This document shows positions 1 through 12,810 of a DNA stretch of 64,000 nt, piece after piece. Position 1 is the first letter of the stretch, and each line of letters begins with the position of its first letter. A program made the translations under genes and the position numbers. The notes below the pieces were generated by a model. That model was not told the origin of the DNA. It did no database searches and was given only the letters and a program-made list of their open reading frames with translations. Source of the DNA: Macrostomum hystrix (lineage: Eukaryota; Animalia; Platyhelminthes); the NCBI GenBank assembly GCA_950097015.1, contig CATNEN010000038.1, positions 21,018,001 to 21,082,000 on the forward strand. The letters are read 5' to 3'.

Positions 1-227
1 TTAGCTGCAGGGCGGTCCCATAGAGGGACACAGCAGGAAGACGATGCTGCCCATTCCGCTATTCCCTGAATGACCAAGGCTCCATCACGGACTAGGAGTT
101 GGCATCACCCAGGGTGGTCCCTTGGAGTTGCTCTCTGCAGCCATGTTGCTCCCTGGAAGAGGGAGTGCAGCTCTGTGGGTGGCCCAAAGGTAGCGCGTGA
201 ACTGATTAAGTGTTGTATGACACCTCT

Positions 228-508
228 CATACATGCGCAACACCCGGCCGACCCGGCCGAACCGGCCGGGTGAAACAAGGGCCAAGCAAGGTAAGTCGCA
301 AAAACCAATAGACCAAGCGCAAAAAAATCAAAGGGGGGACCAAGGGACAAAAAAGGAAGGCGTGAAGAAAAGGAAAAAGGGGAGAGAAAAAGAGAGCAAA
401 TGAGAGCAAACTAAGTCGTAAATAGAGCAATGAAATGAACTAAGTCGCAAATGAGAGCAAAAACTAAGTCGCACGGCCGGCTAAGATTTGGGAGGTTGCG
501 CATGTATG
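228..508. mobile_element. Non-autonomous hAT-like MITE
   Basis: 14-bp TIRs CATACATGCGCAAC...GTTGCGCATGTATG; perfect 8-bp TSD ACACCTCT at 220-227 and 509-516; no credible ORF. Confidence 0.8.
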
Positions 509-864
509 ACACCTCTGTGGACCTCTTTGTGGACCTGTAAGTTGCGCCTAGATTGGACTCGACATTAGCAAATCGAATATTGGGTGTGTTGGAAATGAAT
601 GATAAAAGGTGTAGTATTGTAATAAGTCACATTAGTTGCTGTTATTTAAAGTAAAAAATAAGAAAAATGCCTTTAGATATTTAAATTATATATAGTGAAT
701 AGCCAATACTACCACAGCTCTGACCAAAATCAAAAGCAGAGGCAAATTTCTTCCTTTCGAACTGGCAAATTTTGAGGTGGGTATTTACACCTGCATTCTA
801 GTGTGAGTTGTCCTAGGGAGAGCAAAGGTTTGCTCAAATACTCATTTTTCATGCATTTATATTG

Positions 865-1425
865 GGCGATCTTTCGGTTCCCCTGCTCTAAATTATTTTA
901 ACAATTTTTTCAAACTTTTCAGAGTCTGTTAGGTAAAGTTCAGGTAAGTAAAATATTAAGTTAATTAATTATTAGACTGGATAGTACTGGGTGATCCAGT
1001 ATAGGATGTTGCCAAAGTGGTGTTCAGGGAAAGCTCGACGCCACATGAACTCTTGCAGGTAGTTCTCCTCCTTCGAATTGAACGAAGCCTCTTGCACTGC
1101 TTGCAGGACCATGCAGCACCAGCCATCGATGGAGTCCTCGCCGAGACGTTGCTGAAGTGACATAGCAATGTCACAGGTCTAGCAATTCCTGCTATTGGCA
1201 AGCAGGTGGTGCCTCGCCATCCAACGCATCACCTCGTCAACATCGGGACCAATGCAACCAGTCCTCGATGATTGACATCAATGTCACACAGAACTATGCT
1301 GTTCAGGACTTCGGTGGCTGGAACAATGCTCTGTGGCGCAGGAGGTCGACCAGCCATACTAGCAGTAGCTGAAACGTTTGAAAAAATCGTTAAAATAATT
1401 TAGACTGGGAAACCGAAAGATCGCC
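865..1425 (-). mobile_element. Internally deleted Merlin (IS1016/ISXO2-like) DNA transposon
   Basis: ~55-bp imperfect TIRs starting GGCGATCTTTCGGTT; 8-bp TSD TTATATTG/ATATATTG (7/8). Minus strand joins an N-terminal LLANSRNC*TCDIAMSL...DGWC motif to a C-terminal YLQEFMWRRAF...FGNILYWITQYY motif typical of Merlin transposases; the DDE core is missing. Confidence 0.75.
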
Positions 1426-1957
1426 ATATATTGTATTATGTATACATATATATTAGTCACATATATATCTAAATTTATCTATACTAAAGTCAATAAGCTC
1501 TTTTATTTTTTCTATAACTAGGTGATCCTGACTTTTAAACAATTATTGCTATTCTAAAGGATTACCAAGCATTTATGTTCAAACAGTTCAAACTTTTTAT
1601 ACATATAGGCAAAGTAATCAATAAAATATTATGAAAAATCTAATTGTTTCATTTTTTGTTCAAGTGTTGTTTCATTAGCTAATGTAATTTAGGCAAGCAG
1701 TTAAAAAATAAAACGGACAAGTTTAGCTGTCTAAAGCAGTAGTCAAGAGCTATGCTATTTGATGGAAAGCTTACCATGATAATTTAATTATGGTTTTATG
1801 TAGTACTGCTCACTGATTGCCTTATAATTATAGTTAGCCTATCTAATTCCCATAGGGCACAAAAATATTAGTCATTGTAAAGTTTGTTTGCAAAATCTCT
1901 TAAACAACTTATTTCAGTTTTTTTAAACAAAATATAAAAGCTGACTATAGCTAATGA

Positions 1958-3349
1958 ATGGCTGCTGATAGCAATGTCAGATCTGATGCTCAGCAGCAGG
2001 CAAATGGCCATGCCACCGCAACAAATGCCACTGCTGCTGCACAAACTCAGAGGTCGAGCTTAAACATTCGGCAAAGATTACTCAGTTGTCTGCACAGTCT
2101 CAGTGTGCGGCACATTCGCAATGAGAACCTCTTTGTGATGTCGCTAGTGCAAGCTCTATGCGCTGTCGCTATGCTCATCCTGTCGGTGGTGTTGGCCTCT
2201 AGGTTAGTTCTAATCGGAACACTTATTAATTTGCTTAGTTTACTTGTGCTTTATATAATTTTTACCTACCTAGATAGACCTGCCAAGAGTGCAGTGTCTG
2301 GCGATGAGAAAGTCACTGTAGATGTACATCCCTGTGTGAGTGTGTACATGTGTACATTGGCGCCTGTGTGTTTTTTCTTAATATGATGTTCCGCTGCCCG
2401 CAACCCTTTTGTAATAATAATATTCGCAGGGAGGGCTGCGGGCAATGGTGCATGATTTGGTGACACTAGACCCGGAGCCAGCGAGGAGGCAGTTCTGCCC
2501 AATTCGCTGACTCCTGACTTTCTCATTGTCAGGCAGTGTACACTTTCACTGTGCCTTGGAGGTTGACCCGCAAGCGTGTTAGCCGCTCACCCCTCCAGCC
2601 CTCCTGTATTATGCTCGTATGATTTAAGTTAAACCGTATTTTTAAGATCGAATGAAGCCTCAGGCTACTCCATGTTCGCCAGCCTGGCCTCATGTGGCAT
2701 TATTATACTGGCCGCTTGTCACGGCATAGCGACCAGCCGGCATAAGCGGTACTGCACTGTGCTGGCCCTGTTTGTACTGTGCCAGGCATCCTGCTTGGCT
2801 AGTCTGATACTATTGGCCTGCAGCGCTGTCGGTCTGCACTCCTACATTCTGGAATCTCAGCGTAGAATCTCCGAATCGAATGCGGTCTCGAATGTGTCCG
2901 AGTTGATCATTAGTTTGCTGCTTAGCCTGTTTAGCCTAATGGAATTTTGTGTAGCGCTGAGCTGCTGCATGGCCTGCGGCCGACAATTGCGGCCTAAAGA
3001 TTCGCGCATCTCTCTAGATCCGCATGGCAACGGTTTGATTGTGATCGACAATAGAGTATCCAATTTGGCCGTCGTTAATAGTCGTTTCAATGCCGTCCTG
3101 CCGCCTCCGTTTGCGCCGCCGCCGCCTCCGGCCTACAGCACGATGGATCAGCGACGTTGGAGGCGGCATCGACAGCGACCGGTCAGTGCCGAGCCCGACT
3201 TTGCTGCCGCGGCACCGGTTGAGCAGCAGCAGCAGCAACAGCAGCAACTAGCATTGCCGGCAGATGTGATTTTATCCCTGTCTAGCGTTGGCAATGATCA
3301 GAATCGTGAAGAATCATCAAATCAAACTAATTCTAATCTTGCTTTTTGA
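1958..3349 (+). CDS. Two-exon ~315-aa four-TM membrane protein (MS4A/CD20-like topology) with C-terminal PPxY motif; exons 1958-2202 and 2647-3349
   Basis: Donor AG|GTTAGT at 2203 and acceptor TTTAAG|A at 2646 keep the frame; about four hydrophobic segments; PPPPPPAYS and poly-Q tail. Confidence 0.7.
2283..2606. repeat. Dispersed SINE-like repeat in intron (partial forward copy plus reverse copy); related copies at ~27620-27735 and ~60855-61080
   Basis: Shared blocks such as TGAGAAAGTCAG, GGCAGAACTGCCTCCTCGCTGG and GCCCGCAGCCCTCC, followed by (ATT)n-like tails. Confidence 0.6.
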
Positions 3350-4608
3350 TGCTGCTCAACTTTAGTAGCCTGGCTAGTGTCTTTTTATTCCGCGGATCAA
3401 TGTTGGTTTTTGTGTAGAATGGGTTAGGTTTATTAAAATATTGTTGCAGTTCAATTTTGGCTTAGTAGCAATGTTGATACTTGGGTTTACTCTCGAGTGT
3501 CTGTGTTTAAACTAGGTTTATTGTCTCTAGATTAATGGTTTCTGTAGCTTCATGAAATGACATTATGACATTTATAATGAGTTTAGTAGTGTTTATTATA
3601 GTTTTAGTAATTGCAACTGGAGTTAATAAGCATTTTAGTCGTCTGTGTTAGAGTGGTTCTACAATGATATTTTTTGTTTTAGTACAGTAGGCTTTTTTAC
3701 AAGTACGAATATATTATTCCCATATATCTATATAATAAAGTAATATTTTTTAATTCCAACTTAACACAGTTTTATATTAATCGGGTAGATTTTACGCAGA
3801 TAAATTACTCGTTATTACACAATGTTTGCACCGCTCTTTCTTACTATTGTGTTTAGTTTCACAGTATTACTTAAAAATGCTACAAAGAAGAAACTTTATA
3901 TATGTTAATCTTCGCCAACAGTTAAATTTTCGCATTTTAATTGGTTAAAAATCGAAGCTGCAACTATTTATAACGCGAACCATATTAGTAAAGAACTAAC
4001 CTTTGTTGTGGACTTTATGAGCTAAAATTGTGACAAGTTAATTACATACCAGATTAACTTGAACTTTCGATGCTTCACAATGCTTCGTCCGTGTTCAGCT
4101 TTTTTGTTTATCTAATTAGACTAAATCCGGTCAATAAGCTACAGGTGTTTCATTCCCTCCAACTTAATTCAGCTGATCATTTCTCAATGTTACTGCTTTT
4201 ACATAAAAAAACATTTTCCTGCACTCTGTACTTGGCATTACATTGTTAAAGAAAATTTTCCTACTTTGTTTATACCTGAATATACTTTACATATTTAAAT
4301 TGGATTCGATGCAATTAAGGTAAGAAAAATATTTTTTGTTTGCTTGAATATAGATAAGACGCAAATAGAATTATTATAAATGAATAATTTATTGGAAGAT
4401 TTTTTTTCTACGCTTTGCTTTTTACAGTCTTTTAATGTTTTCTATTTAGCTTGAAAAGTTTTCTAGGCAATATAAAGTTCGCACTTTGCTATGCTAGCCA
4501 ATGTATCGAGGATAGAAAATATGCAACTTTCCATGGTCTAATTAACATTTCATTATGTATTTGTTTGAAGAAGTATTTAGATTTAGGTGGTAGAAGTACA
4601 TATTTTAT

Positions 4609-6325
4609 AATCTGGTGCAGATTCATCTAATCTGGTACAGATCCATCTAATCTGGTGCAGATTCATCTAATCTGGTGCAGATTCATCTAATCTGGTGCAG
4701 ATTCATCTAATCTGGTGCAGATTCATCTAATCTGGTGCAGATTCATCTAATCTGGTGCAGATCCATCTAATCTGGTGCAGATCCATCTAATCTGGTGCAG
4801 ATTCATCTAATCTGGTGCAGATTCATCTAATCTGGTGCAGATTCATCTAATCTGGTGCAGATTCATCTAATCTGGTGCAGATCCATCTAATCTGGTGCAG
4901 ATCCATCTAATCTGGTGCAGATCCATCTAATCTGGTGCAGATCCATCTAATCTGGTGCAGATCCATCTAATCTGGTGCAGATCCATCTAATCTGGTGCAG
5001 ATTCATCTAATCTGGTGCAGATTCATCTAATCTGGTGCAGATTCATCTAATCTGGTGCAGATTCATCTAATCTGGTGCAGATTCATCTAATCTGGTGCAG
5101 ATTCATCTAATCTGGTGCAGATCCATCTAATCTGGTGCAGATTCATCTAATCTGGTGCAGATTCATCTAATCTGGTGCAGATTCATCTAATCTGGTGCAG
5201 ATTCATCTAATCTGGTGCAGATCCATCTAATCTGGTGCAGATTCATCTAATCTGGTGCAGATCCATCTAATCTGGTGCAGATTCATCTAATCTGGTGCAG
5301 ATTCATCTAATCTGGTACAGATCCATCTAATCTGGTGCAGATCCATCTAATCTGGTGCAGATTCATCTAATCTGGTGCAGATTCATCTAATCTGGTGCAG
5401 ATCCATCTAATCTGGTGCAGATTCATCTAATCTGGTGCAGATCCATCTAATCTGGTGCAGATCCATCTAATCTGGTGCAGATTCATCTAATCTGGTACAG
5501 ATCCATCTAATCTGGTACAGATCCATCTAATCTGGTGCAGATCCATCTAATCTGGTGCAGATCCATCTAATCTGGTGCAGATCCATCTAATCTGGTGCAG
5601 ATTCATCTAATCTGGTGCAGATTCATCTAATCTGGTGCAGATCCATCTAATCTGGTGCAGATTCATCTAATCTGGTGCAGATCCATCTAATCTGGTGCAG
5701 ATTCATCTAATCTGGTGCAGATTCATCTAATCTGGTGCAGATCCATCTAATCTGGTGCAGATTCATCTAATCTGGTGCAGATCCATCTAATCTGGTGCAG
5801 ATTCATCTAATCTGGTGCAGATCCATCTAATCTGGTGCAGATCCATCTAATCTTGTGCAGATTCATCTAATCTGGTACAGATCCATCTAATCTGGTACAG
5901 ATCCATCTAATCTGGTGCAGATTCATCTAATCTGGTGCAGATTCATCTAATCTGGTGCAGATTCATCTAATCTGGTACATATCCATCTAATCTGGTACAG
6001 ATTCATCTAATCTGGTACAGATGATACTAAACTAGTACTAATTTATCTAATATGGTACAAATTCATCTAATCTGGTACAGATCCATCTAATCTGGTACAG
6101 ATCCATCTAATCTGGTACATATCCATCTAATCTGGTACAGATCCATCTAATCTGGTACAAATTATTCTAATCTGGTGCATATTCTTCTAATCTGGTACAC
6201 GATTCAACTAAACTGGTACAGATTCAACTAAACTGGTACAGATTCAACTAAACTGGTACAGATTCAACTAAACTGGTACAGATTCAACTAATCTGGTACA
6301 GATTCAACTAAACTGGTACAGATTC
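4609..6325. repeat. 20-bp minisatellite (ATTCATCTAATCTGGTGCAG)n, ~85 copies, probably within a 5'UTR intron of the PPP6R gene
   Basis: Visible tandem array; donor-like AAG|GTAAGA at 4320 and acceptor-like TTTTAAACAG at 6346 flank it. Confidence 0.95.
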
Positions 6326-6380
6326 CATTATTCGTATTTTAAACAGTCGATTCCCTGCCTCAACTTCTACAGCCATCACA

Positions 6381-9300
6381 ATGTTCTGGCAAATGCCCTG
6401 CATGCTGTCAAACATCGATTCGGTGTTGGACAAATCCGATCTTCAACTAGCCGAAGTTCTCGACGATGAAAGTGTCATTCAAGAGTGCAAATCGTTGAAC
6501 ACAAAGCTGCTAGGCTATCTATCAAGCGATGCCACAATGGACCAGATGATTGACATTATTGTATCCGAGCCGGATTGCGCATTGTCCGACAAAATCCGTT
6601 ACCGACATCCGAATGTGTGCTGCGAATTGCTCACCTGCGATATCGACTCGTTAAATACAGCGCTGGTTGACACAGATCGACATTTGCATAAGCTGTGCGC
6701 CTATCTGCAGTCGGAGGACTCGCTGAACCCGCTGACTGCCAGCTTCGTCTCCAAGGTATTGGCTATACGCTAATACTCAAGCTTTATACAAGGACCACTA
6801 GAAGAAGAAGGAAGACCAACATTGAAATGTTGATAACTTTTTATTTGAAGCTGATCAATTGCTATTATTTTAATATATCTTGCAAAACACGTTGCTTCAA
6901 CGAATATTAGCTCGTAGAAAGCTTCAGTCATGAAAAATTGATATTCGTATTAATTTAGACTATTTATCATGCAGCACAATAGCAATCTATAGCTACGAGT
7001 ATCATGTATAGCCAGGCTAACTTTGAGACTAATTTTATGTCTGATTTGGTTTATTATTGGGATTCATGATAAAAAGACAAAATCAAATGAGGATCAATAA
7101 TTTATGAATGAAGCTTTCTAAAATTGATTGAAGCAACGTGCTTTGCACGATATATTAAAATAATAGCAATGGATCTGCTTCAAATAATAACTTATCACAT
7201 TATAATGTGAAAAGCCTGCAAAGTCCCTATCTCGCTAGTACATTTTCCGTCAAAATCAGCCATTAATAAATTTTCTAAGAAACGAAGTGTCCCGACCTTC
7301 TAGTGGTCCTTAGTTTTATGTTGTCGAAAAAATTCCCAAAGATCGCGGTTGAGAGCTACCGACTGAAGTATTTTTTCTGTCTCGTAATGTTTTCAGATTA
7401 TGCAGGTTTTTGTGGAGGTTTCTAAGAAAATATAAGTTTCGAAGAAATGAAAATTTCTAAGAAATAGAAGTAAACAAGAAATGTAATCTCTCTTGAAAGG
7501 GAGGTTTCAGAAAAAAATAATATTTTCTAATAAGAGTGAGGTTGCAACAAGTGGAAGTTTCCAAGAAATGGAAATCTCTTAAGCAGTGGAAGTCTCTAAC
7601 CAGTGGAAATCTCTAACGAGGGAATTTTCCAAGAAATGGAAGTCTCTAATCAGTAGAAGTCTCTAACGAGGGGAAGTTTCCAAGAAATGGAAGTCTCTAA
7701 TCAGTAGAAGTCTCTAACGAGGGGAAGTTTCCAAGAAATGGAAATCTCTTAAGCAGTGGAAGTCTCTAACGAGGGGAAGTTTCCAAGAAATGGAAATCTC
7801 TTAAGCAGTGGAAGTCTCTAACGAGGGGAAGTTTCCAAGAAATGGAAATCTCTTAAGCAGTGGAAGTCTCTAACGAGGGGAAGTTTCCAAGAAATGGAAA
7901 TCTCTTAAGCAGTAGAAGTCTGTAACGAGGGGAAGTTTCCAAGAAATGGAAATCTCTTAAGCAGTAGAAGTCTCTAACGAGGGGAAGTTTCCAAGAAATG
8001 GAAATCTCTTAAGCAGTGGAAGTCTCTAACGAGGGGAAGTTTCCAAGAAAAGAAAATTTCTAAGAAATAGAAGTAAACAAGAACTGTAATCATTTTTATT
8101 AGGGAATTTTCAGAAAAAAATGGAGTTCATAACAAGGGTGAGGTTGCAACAAGTAGAAGTTTCCAAGAAATGGAAGTCTGTAATTAGTGGAAGTCTCTAA
8201 CGAGGGGAAGTTTCCAAGAAATGGAAGTCCCTAACTAGGGGAAGTTTCCAAGAAATTTTGGATTCTTAGAAATAGGATTTTCCTATATTTGGAAGTAGTC
8301 AGCTAATGTAAGTTTTTAATTAACTACTAGATTTTTGCAAGAATTAAAGTTTTAAACAATTGGAAGTTTCCAAGAAATGAAAGTTTCTAAAAAACAGAAT
8401 TTTCCAGCCAGCGTAATTGTGAAATTAAAATGTGACATTTTCCTGAACATTCTCCAAAGATTCTGCAACTGCTGGCCAGGCGAAAGAGCCGGCGCTTATT
8501 TGCCTACCTGGAGCCCAGGCCGGAGTTTGTCGGCAATTTGGTTCGCCACACGGCTACAGCGGCCGTCATGGACCTCCTGCTGGCTGTTGTCACTATGCGC
8601 GATGAAGATGAAGACAGCTCGGTAGACTCGCCAACGCCTGGCAACAGGCTGTCCGCTAAGACCGGCGCCTGGCTAATCAAGTCCGGCTTGGTTGACCGCC
8701 TTCTAGAGACATTGTCCAGCGGTGACTCCATCGGTTCAGCTGCTAGCTCGCTTGAAGATCGACGCTACAACAGCGCCGAGTGCATCTGCAGCATCCTGGT
8801 CCATTGCCGCGAGCAGGCGGCTCAGATGGCTCAGGTGCGAGACTCTGGGCTTCGGGTTCTCTTCTTTTACGAATCGCACTTCTCAGGGTGAAATTTCTAG
8901 AATAGTCGCACTTCTCAGGGTGAAATTTCTAGAATAGTCGCACTTCTCAGAGTGACATTTCTAGAATAGTCGCACTTCTCAGGGTGAGATTTCTAGAATA
9001 GTCTCACTTCTCAGAGTGACATTTCTAGAATAGTCTCACTTCTCAGAGTGACATTTCTAGAATAGTCTCACTTCTCAGGGTGACATTTCTAGAATAGTCT
9101 CACTTCTCAGGGTGAGATTTCTAGAATAGTCTCACTTCTCAGAGTGACATTTCTAGAATAGTCGCACTTCTCAGGGTGAGATTTCTAGAATAGTCTCACT
9201 TCTCAGAGTGACATTTCTAGAATAGTCTCACTTCTCAGAGTGACATTTCTAGAATAGTCTCACTTCTCAGGGTGACATTTCTAGAATAGTCTCACTTCTC

Positions 9301-12300
9301 AGGGTGAGATTTCTAAAATAGTCTCACTTCTCAGGGTGAGATTTCTAGAATAGTCGCACTTCTCAGGGTGAGATTTCTAGAATAGTCTCACTTCTCAGAG
9401 TGACATTTCTAGAATAGTCTCACTTCTCAGAGTGACATTTCTAGAATAGTCTCACTTCTCAGGGTGAGATTTCTAGAATAGTCTCACTTCTCAGGGTGAG
9501 ATTTCTAGAATAGTCTCACTTCTCAGAGTGACATTTCTAGAATAGTCTCACTTCTCAGGGTGACATTTCTAGAATAGTCTCACTTCTCAGGTTGAAATTC
9601 CTAGAATAGTCGCACTTCTCAGAGTGACATTTCTAGAATAGTCTCACTTCTCAGAGTGACATTTCTAGAATAGTCGCACTTCTCAGGGTGAGATTTCTAG
9701 AATAGTCTCACTTCTCAGGGTGAGATTTCTAGAATAGTCTCACTTCTCAGGGTGAGATTTCTAGAATAGTCTCACTTCTCAGGGTGAGATTTCTAGAATA
9801 GTCTCACTTCTCAGGGTGAGATTTCTAGAATAGTCTCACTTCTCAGGATGATTCTCAGGTTAGATTCGTTCATAATTTTAGGATGAGATTTTTCCTGAGT
9901 CTCTGAGTGCGATTTTTGTCCTGATGAGATTTCATGGAAAATCAATATTATTCGCTAAATTTACCCAGGAGAGCTCTAGCAATCCTCCAGACAATGCGCC
10001 AAGCAGCAGCGGAAGCAGCAGCGGCCATCTCCTTCTCGACCTTCTTGAGAGTCGTCAAACAGCCGATCGTCTACTAGCCGCAATCCTTCAGTCGCCGACG
10101 CCAGACGAATCTCTAATCGTAGCCGGACTACAAGTCTTACTCGCTCTTTTAGACGACTCCGACATTGTCGGCGACGACGTCGGCGTCGGCATCGGTGGCG
10201 CCGATTCCGAACTGTTGCCGGCCTCCGAGCTGGACAGCGACCGGATGGGCTTCGGTTCGTCGCTTGAAGCATTTGGCGGCTCCTCGAAGCCGCAGCGGCT
10301 GCAGCAGCAGCGCAGGCTGAAGCCGGATCATCTGGCTCGCGTCAGCCGGTCTGTTGTCGCCGCCCTGATTAGCGACAGTCGGCTGGGCCGAATTGTTGGA
10401 TTGCTAGACTCGCCACCGGCTTGTCGGCGCTGGCCAACCATGCCGCACACAGCGGGGCCGCCGTTGGAGCCGCCGTTCGGCCGGCCGCGTCTTCTAGTTG
10501 GCCGGCTGCTGCGCCGCCTGCTGCAACTCCTGCTGCCTTCGGCCACCGACTTGGCCGCTCTATCGACTTCGGATTCGTCTGTGCTGGGCAGTGAGCTGTC
10601 TAATGAATTAACCGAGTGCTTGGTAGCTAGTTCAGCTCTGCCCCGCCTGTTCTCACTGGCAATGGCCTATCCTTGGTGCAGCTTCCTTCATCTGGTAGCT
10701 GAGCGCTGCTGTTCAACTGTCATCGTCTCGGCTGCGTCGACAACGTCGCCGGATGTTAGCCAGCCGCAGCTGCGCCTAGCTCGCCAGCTGTTGGTTGACT
10801 ATCGCTTGGCCGAACGACTCATCAAAGCGTGTCGCGATGATGCCAAGCAGGCGCCGTCGCCTGGCTATCGGGGACACGCTATCCGTCTGGCTAACTATCT
10901 CAACAGCTGCTACTGCCTGACTAACTGGCCGGACCAGCTAGGGCAGGATGATGACAGCGTTAAAGAGCTGGGCAAGGCTTGGCGTGACTTCACGGACGGC
11001 GATTTGGCAGAAATTAATCGACTGGCCACTGCTTCCGCCTCGGCTAATAATAGCACAGTCATTGCTGCTGGTGAGTTTCTGTTTGAGTATTCAGCATCAA
11101 TCTGATCTACTTGCCTGTTCTTAGGCAGTTTCCTAATTTAGAATCTTAATTAGTAAAAAGACTAGACTCCCTGTAAAAAATTCGGCTGCTTCTTCGGCGG
11201 GTTTTTTGTGCAAAATAGGAGTGGAATCTACCGAAATCCCCCCTATCTCGCAAGAGTTAAATAAACCACCCAGGAAGCAGCCGATGTGATCGTAAATTGT
11301 GCGGAAACCGCCGAAAAATCACGCGAACCAGTGGCCCATGTGACAACCAGAGAATTCTTTACGGTCGATTCCTCAGCGGTTTCTGAGCATGGAATATTCT
11401 GAACTAGAGGATTCTTTGGGTGATTCCATTTCGCCACCAAGAAGCACCGAGAAACCGCCCAGTTTTCGGCTGCTTCTTCGGCGGGTTTTTTATGCAAAAT
11501 AGGAGTGGAATCTACCAAAATCCCCCCTATCTCGCAAGAGTTAAAGAAACCACCCAGGAAGCAGCCGATGTGATCGTAAATTGTGCGGAAACCGCCGAAA
11601 AATCACGCGAACCAGTGGCCCATGGGACAACCAGAGAATTCTTTACGGTCGATTCCTCAGCGGTTTCTGAGCATGGAATCTTCCGAACTGGAGGATTCTT
11701 TGGGTGATTCCATTTCGCCACCAAGAAGCACCGAGAAACCGCCTAGTTGGGTAGATTCCAAGCATGGAATCATCCGATTGGTCTGTTTCCAGCGTTCGGC
11801 TGTTTCTTTTTCTGGAAACACCGCAGATTCCGACTGGAATCTTCCAAAGAAACATCCCAAGTTTTTAGCGGGCAATTTTTCCCACTGGGTAAGGACCACT
11901 ACCTCAAACCGAAAGCCGTCCGAGGCAGCATCGTCGATTCAGCGATTCTTATTGGAGGCCCTGGTGACAAGGACAGCTAATCCATATTGGTTCAATAATG
12001 AAAAATTAATAATTTAATCAATCCAAAATAGTCTACAATGATGACATAGTGAAATTTTGTGAGCAGAAAAATTATGCCTATGTTGGTAGTTTTTGCCAGC
12101 AGACACCCCGAACAGAATCGTTGAATATCTCGACGATGCCGATGTTTTTGTGATTCTAGAAGTTGCTTTATAGCGGAAAATTTCAGTCTGTACTAAACTT
12201 TATTGGATGTGATATTTGCTATCTGCGTAGATTAGCATGCCTTAGTTTAAATTCTCGATGACCTGTGAGTTGATAATTGTTACTGCTAATTGCTACTGCG

Positions 12301-12810
12301 CAGTTGCTCTTAACGCATCGCAGCCCCGCAAAGCCGCATCTTCGTGTGAGACGACTAAAAATTATGAAAAAAAGTCTGCCCAATTAACTTCACACCTCAG
12401 GCGCATTGGCCCCGCCGCCTTCTTTTGCCATTCCAATTTCCACGTCGACAACGGCCGAGGCCTACTACAGTGCCAGCCTGGGTGCCAGCAAAAATGACGA
12501 CGATAATGACGACGAAATCGATCAGATTGATCGAGACGATGTCGACAGCGACAATGACGACGAAGAGGAGGAGGACGGGATCGGGCCGGATGTCATTGTC
12601 TCCGGCGCCGCTCGGCGTAAGCAGCAACTGCAGCAGCAGCAGCAGCAAATGGAAGCCTCAGAAGAACCCGCTGGAGCTTTCGGTAGTGACTGGGCCGATT
12701 TCAGCGCATTCAGCAGCGCCCCAGCTGTTGCCACTAGTGACGAACAAGTCGTTGAAGAACCAGACGCTGGCAAAGCTGAAGGCTGGGCAGATTTTAGTCA
12801 GATGAATTGA
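6381..12810 (+). CDS. PPP6R3: SAPS-domain serine/threonine-protein phosphatase 6 regulatory subunit (PPP6R1/2/3 family); exons 6381-6755, 8460-8834, 9969-11070, 12401-12810 (~753 aa)
   Basis: Diagnostic motifs MFW, VIQECKSLNTKLLGYL, YRHPNVCCELLTCD, LNPLTASFVSK, AVMDLLL, LEPPFGRPRL, YPWCSFLH, GYRGHAIRLAN and an acidic tail with WADF. GT-AG junctions are in frame (phases 0,0,1). Paralogue number is nominal for an invertebrate. Confidence 0.9.
6789..7312. mobile_element. P-element-type MITE in PPP6R intron
   Basis: TIR CAAGGACCACTAGAAG / CTTCTAGTGGTCCTTA; degenerate 8-bp TSD GCTTTATA/GTTTTATG; internal inverted repeat ~6840-6900 vs ~7130-7190. Confidence 0.6.
7550..8255. repeat. ~52-bp intronic minisatellite built from GGAAGT(T/C)TC subunits
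   Basis: Repeated GGAAGTTTCCAAGAAATGGAAATCTCTTAAGCAGTGGAAGTCTCTAACGAGG. Confidence 0.9.
8874..9847. repeat. 32-bp intronic minisatellite (GTCTCACTTCTCAGGGTGAGATTTCTAGAATA)n, ~30 copies
   Basis: Visible tandem array with period 32. Confidence 0.95.
11170..11890. mobile_element. Putative non-autonomous DNA element with an internal ~284-bp tandem duplication
   Basis: 11181-11464 is repeated at 11465-~11742; weak termini CCCTGTAAAAAATT...AATTTTTTCCCACTGGG (CACTA-like). Confidence 0.4.

Noticed and set aside
4609-6325. Tandem arrays (also 8874-9847, 17659-18747, 52762-54013) as CRISPR arrays
   Set aside because: Head-to-tail repeats with no unique spacers, no cas genes, and a eukaryotic context.
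11243-12017. Cluster of short ORFs in PPP6R intron 3
   Set aside because: They derive from a duplicated repeat element and show no protein motifs.
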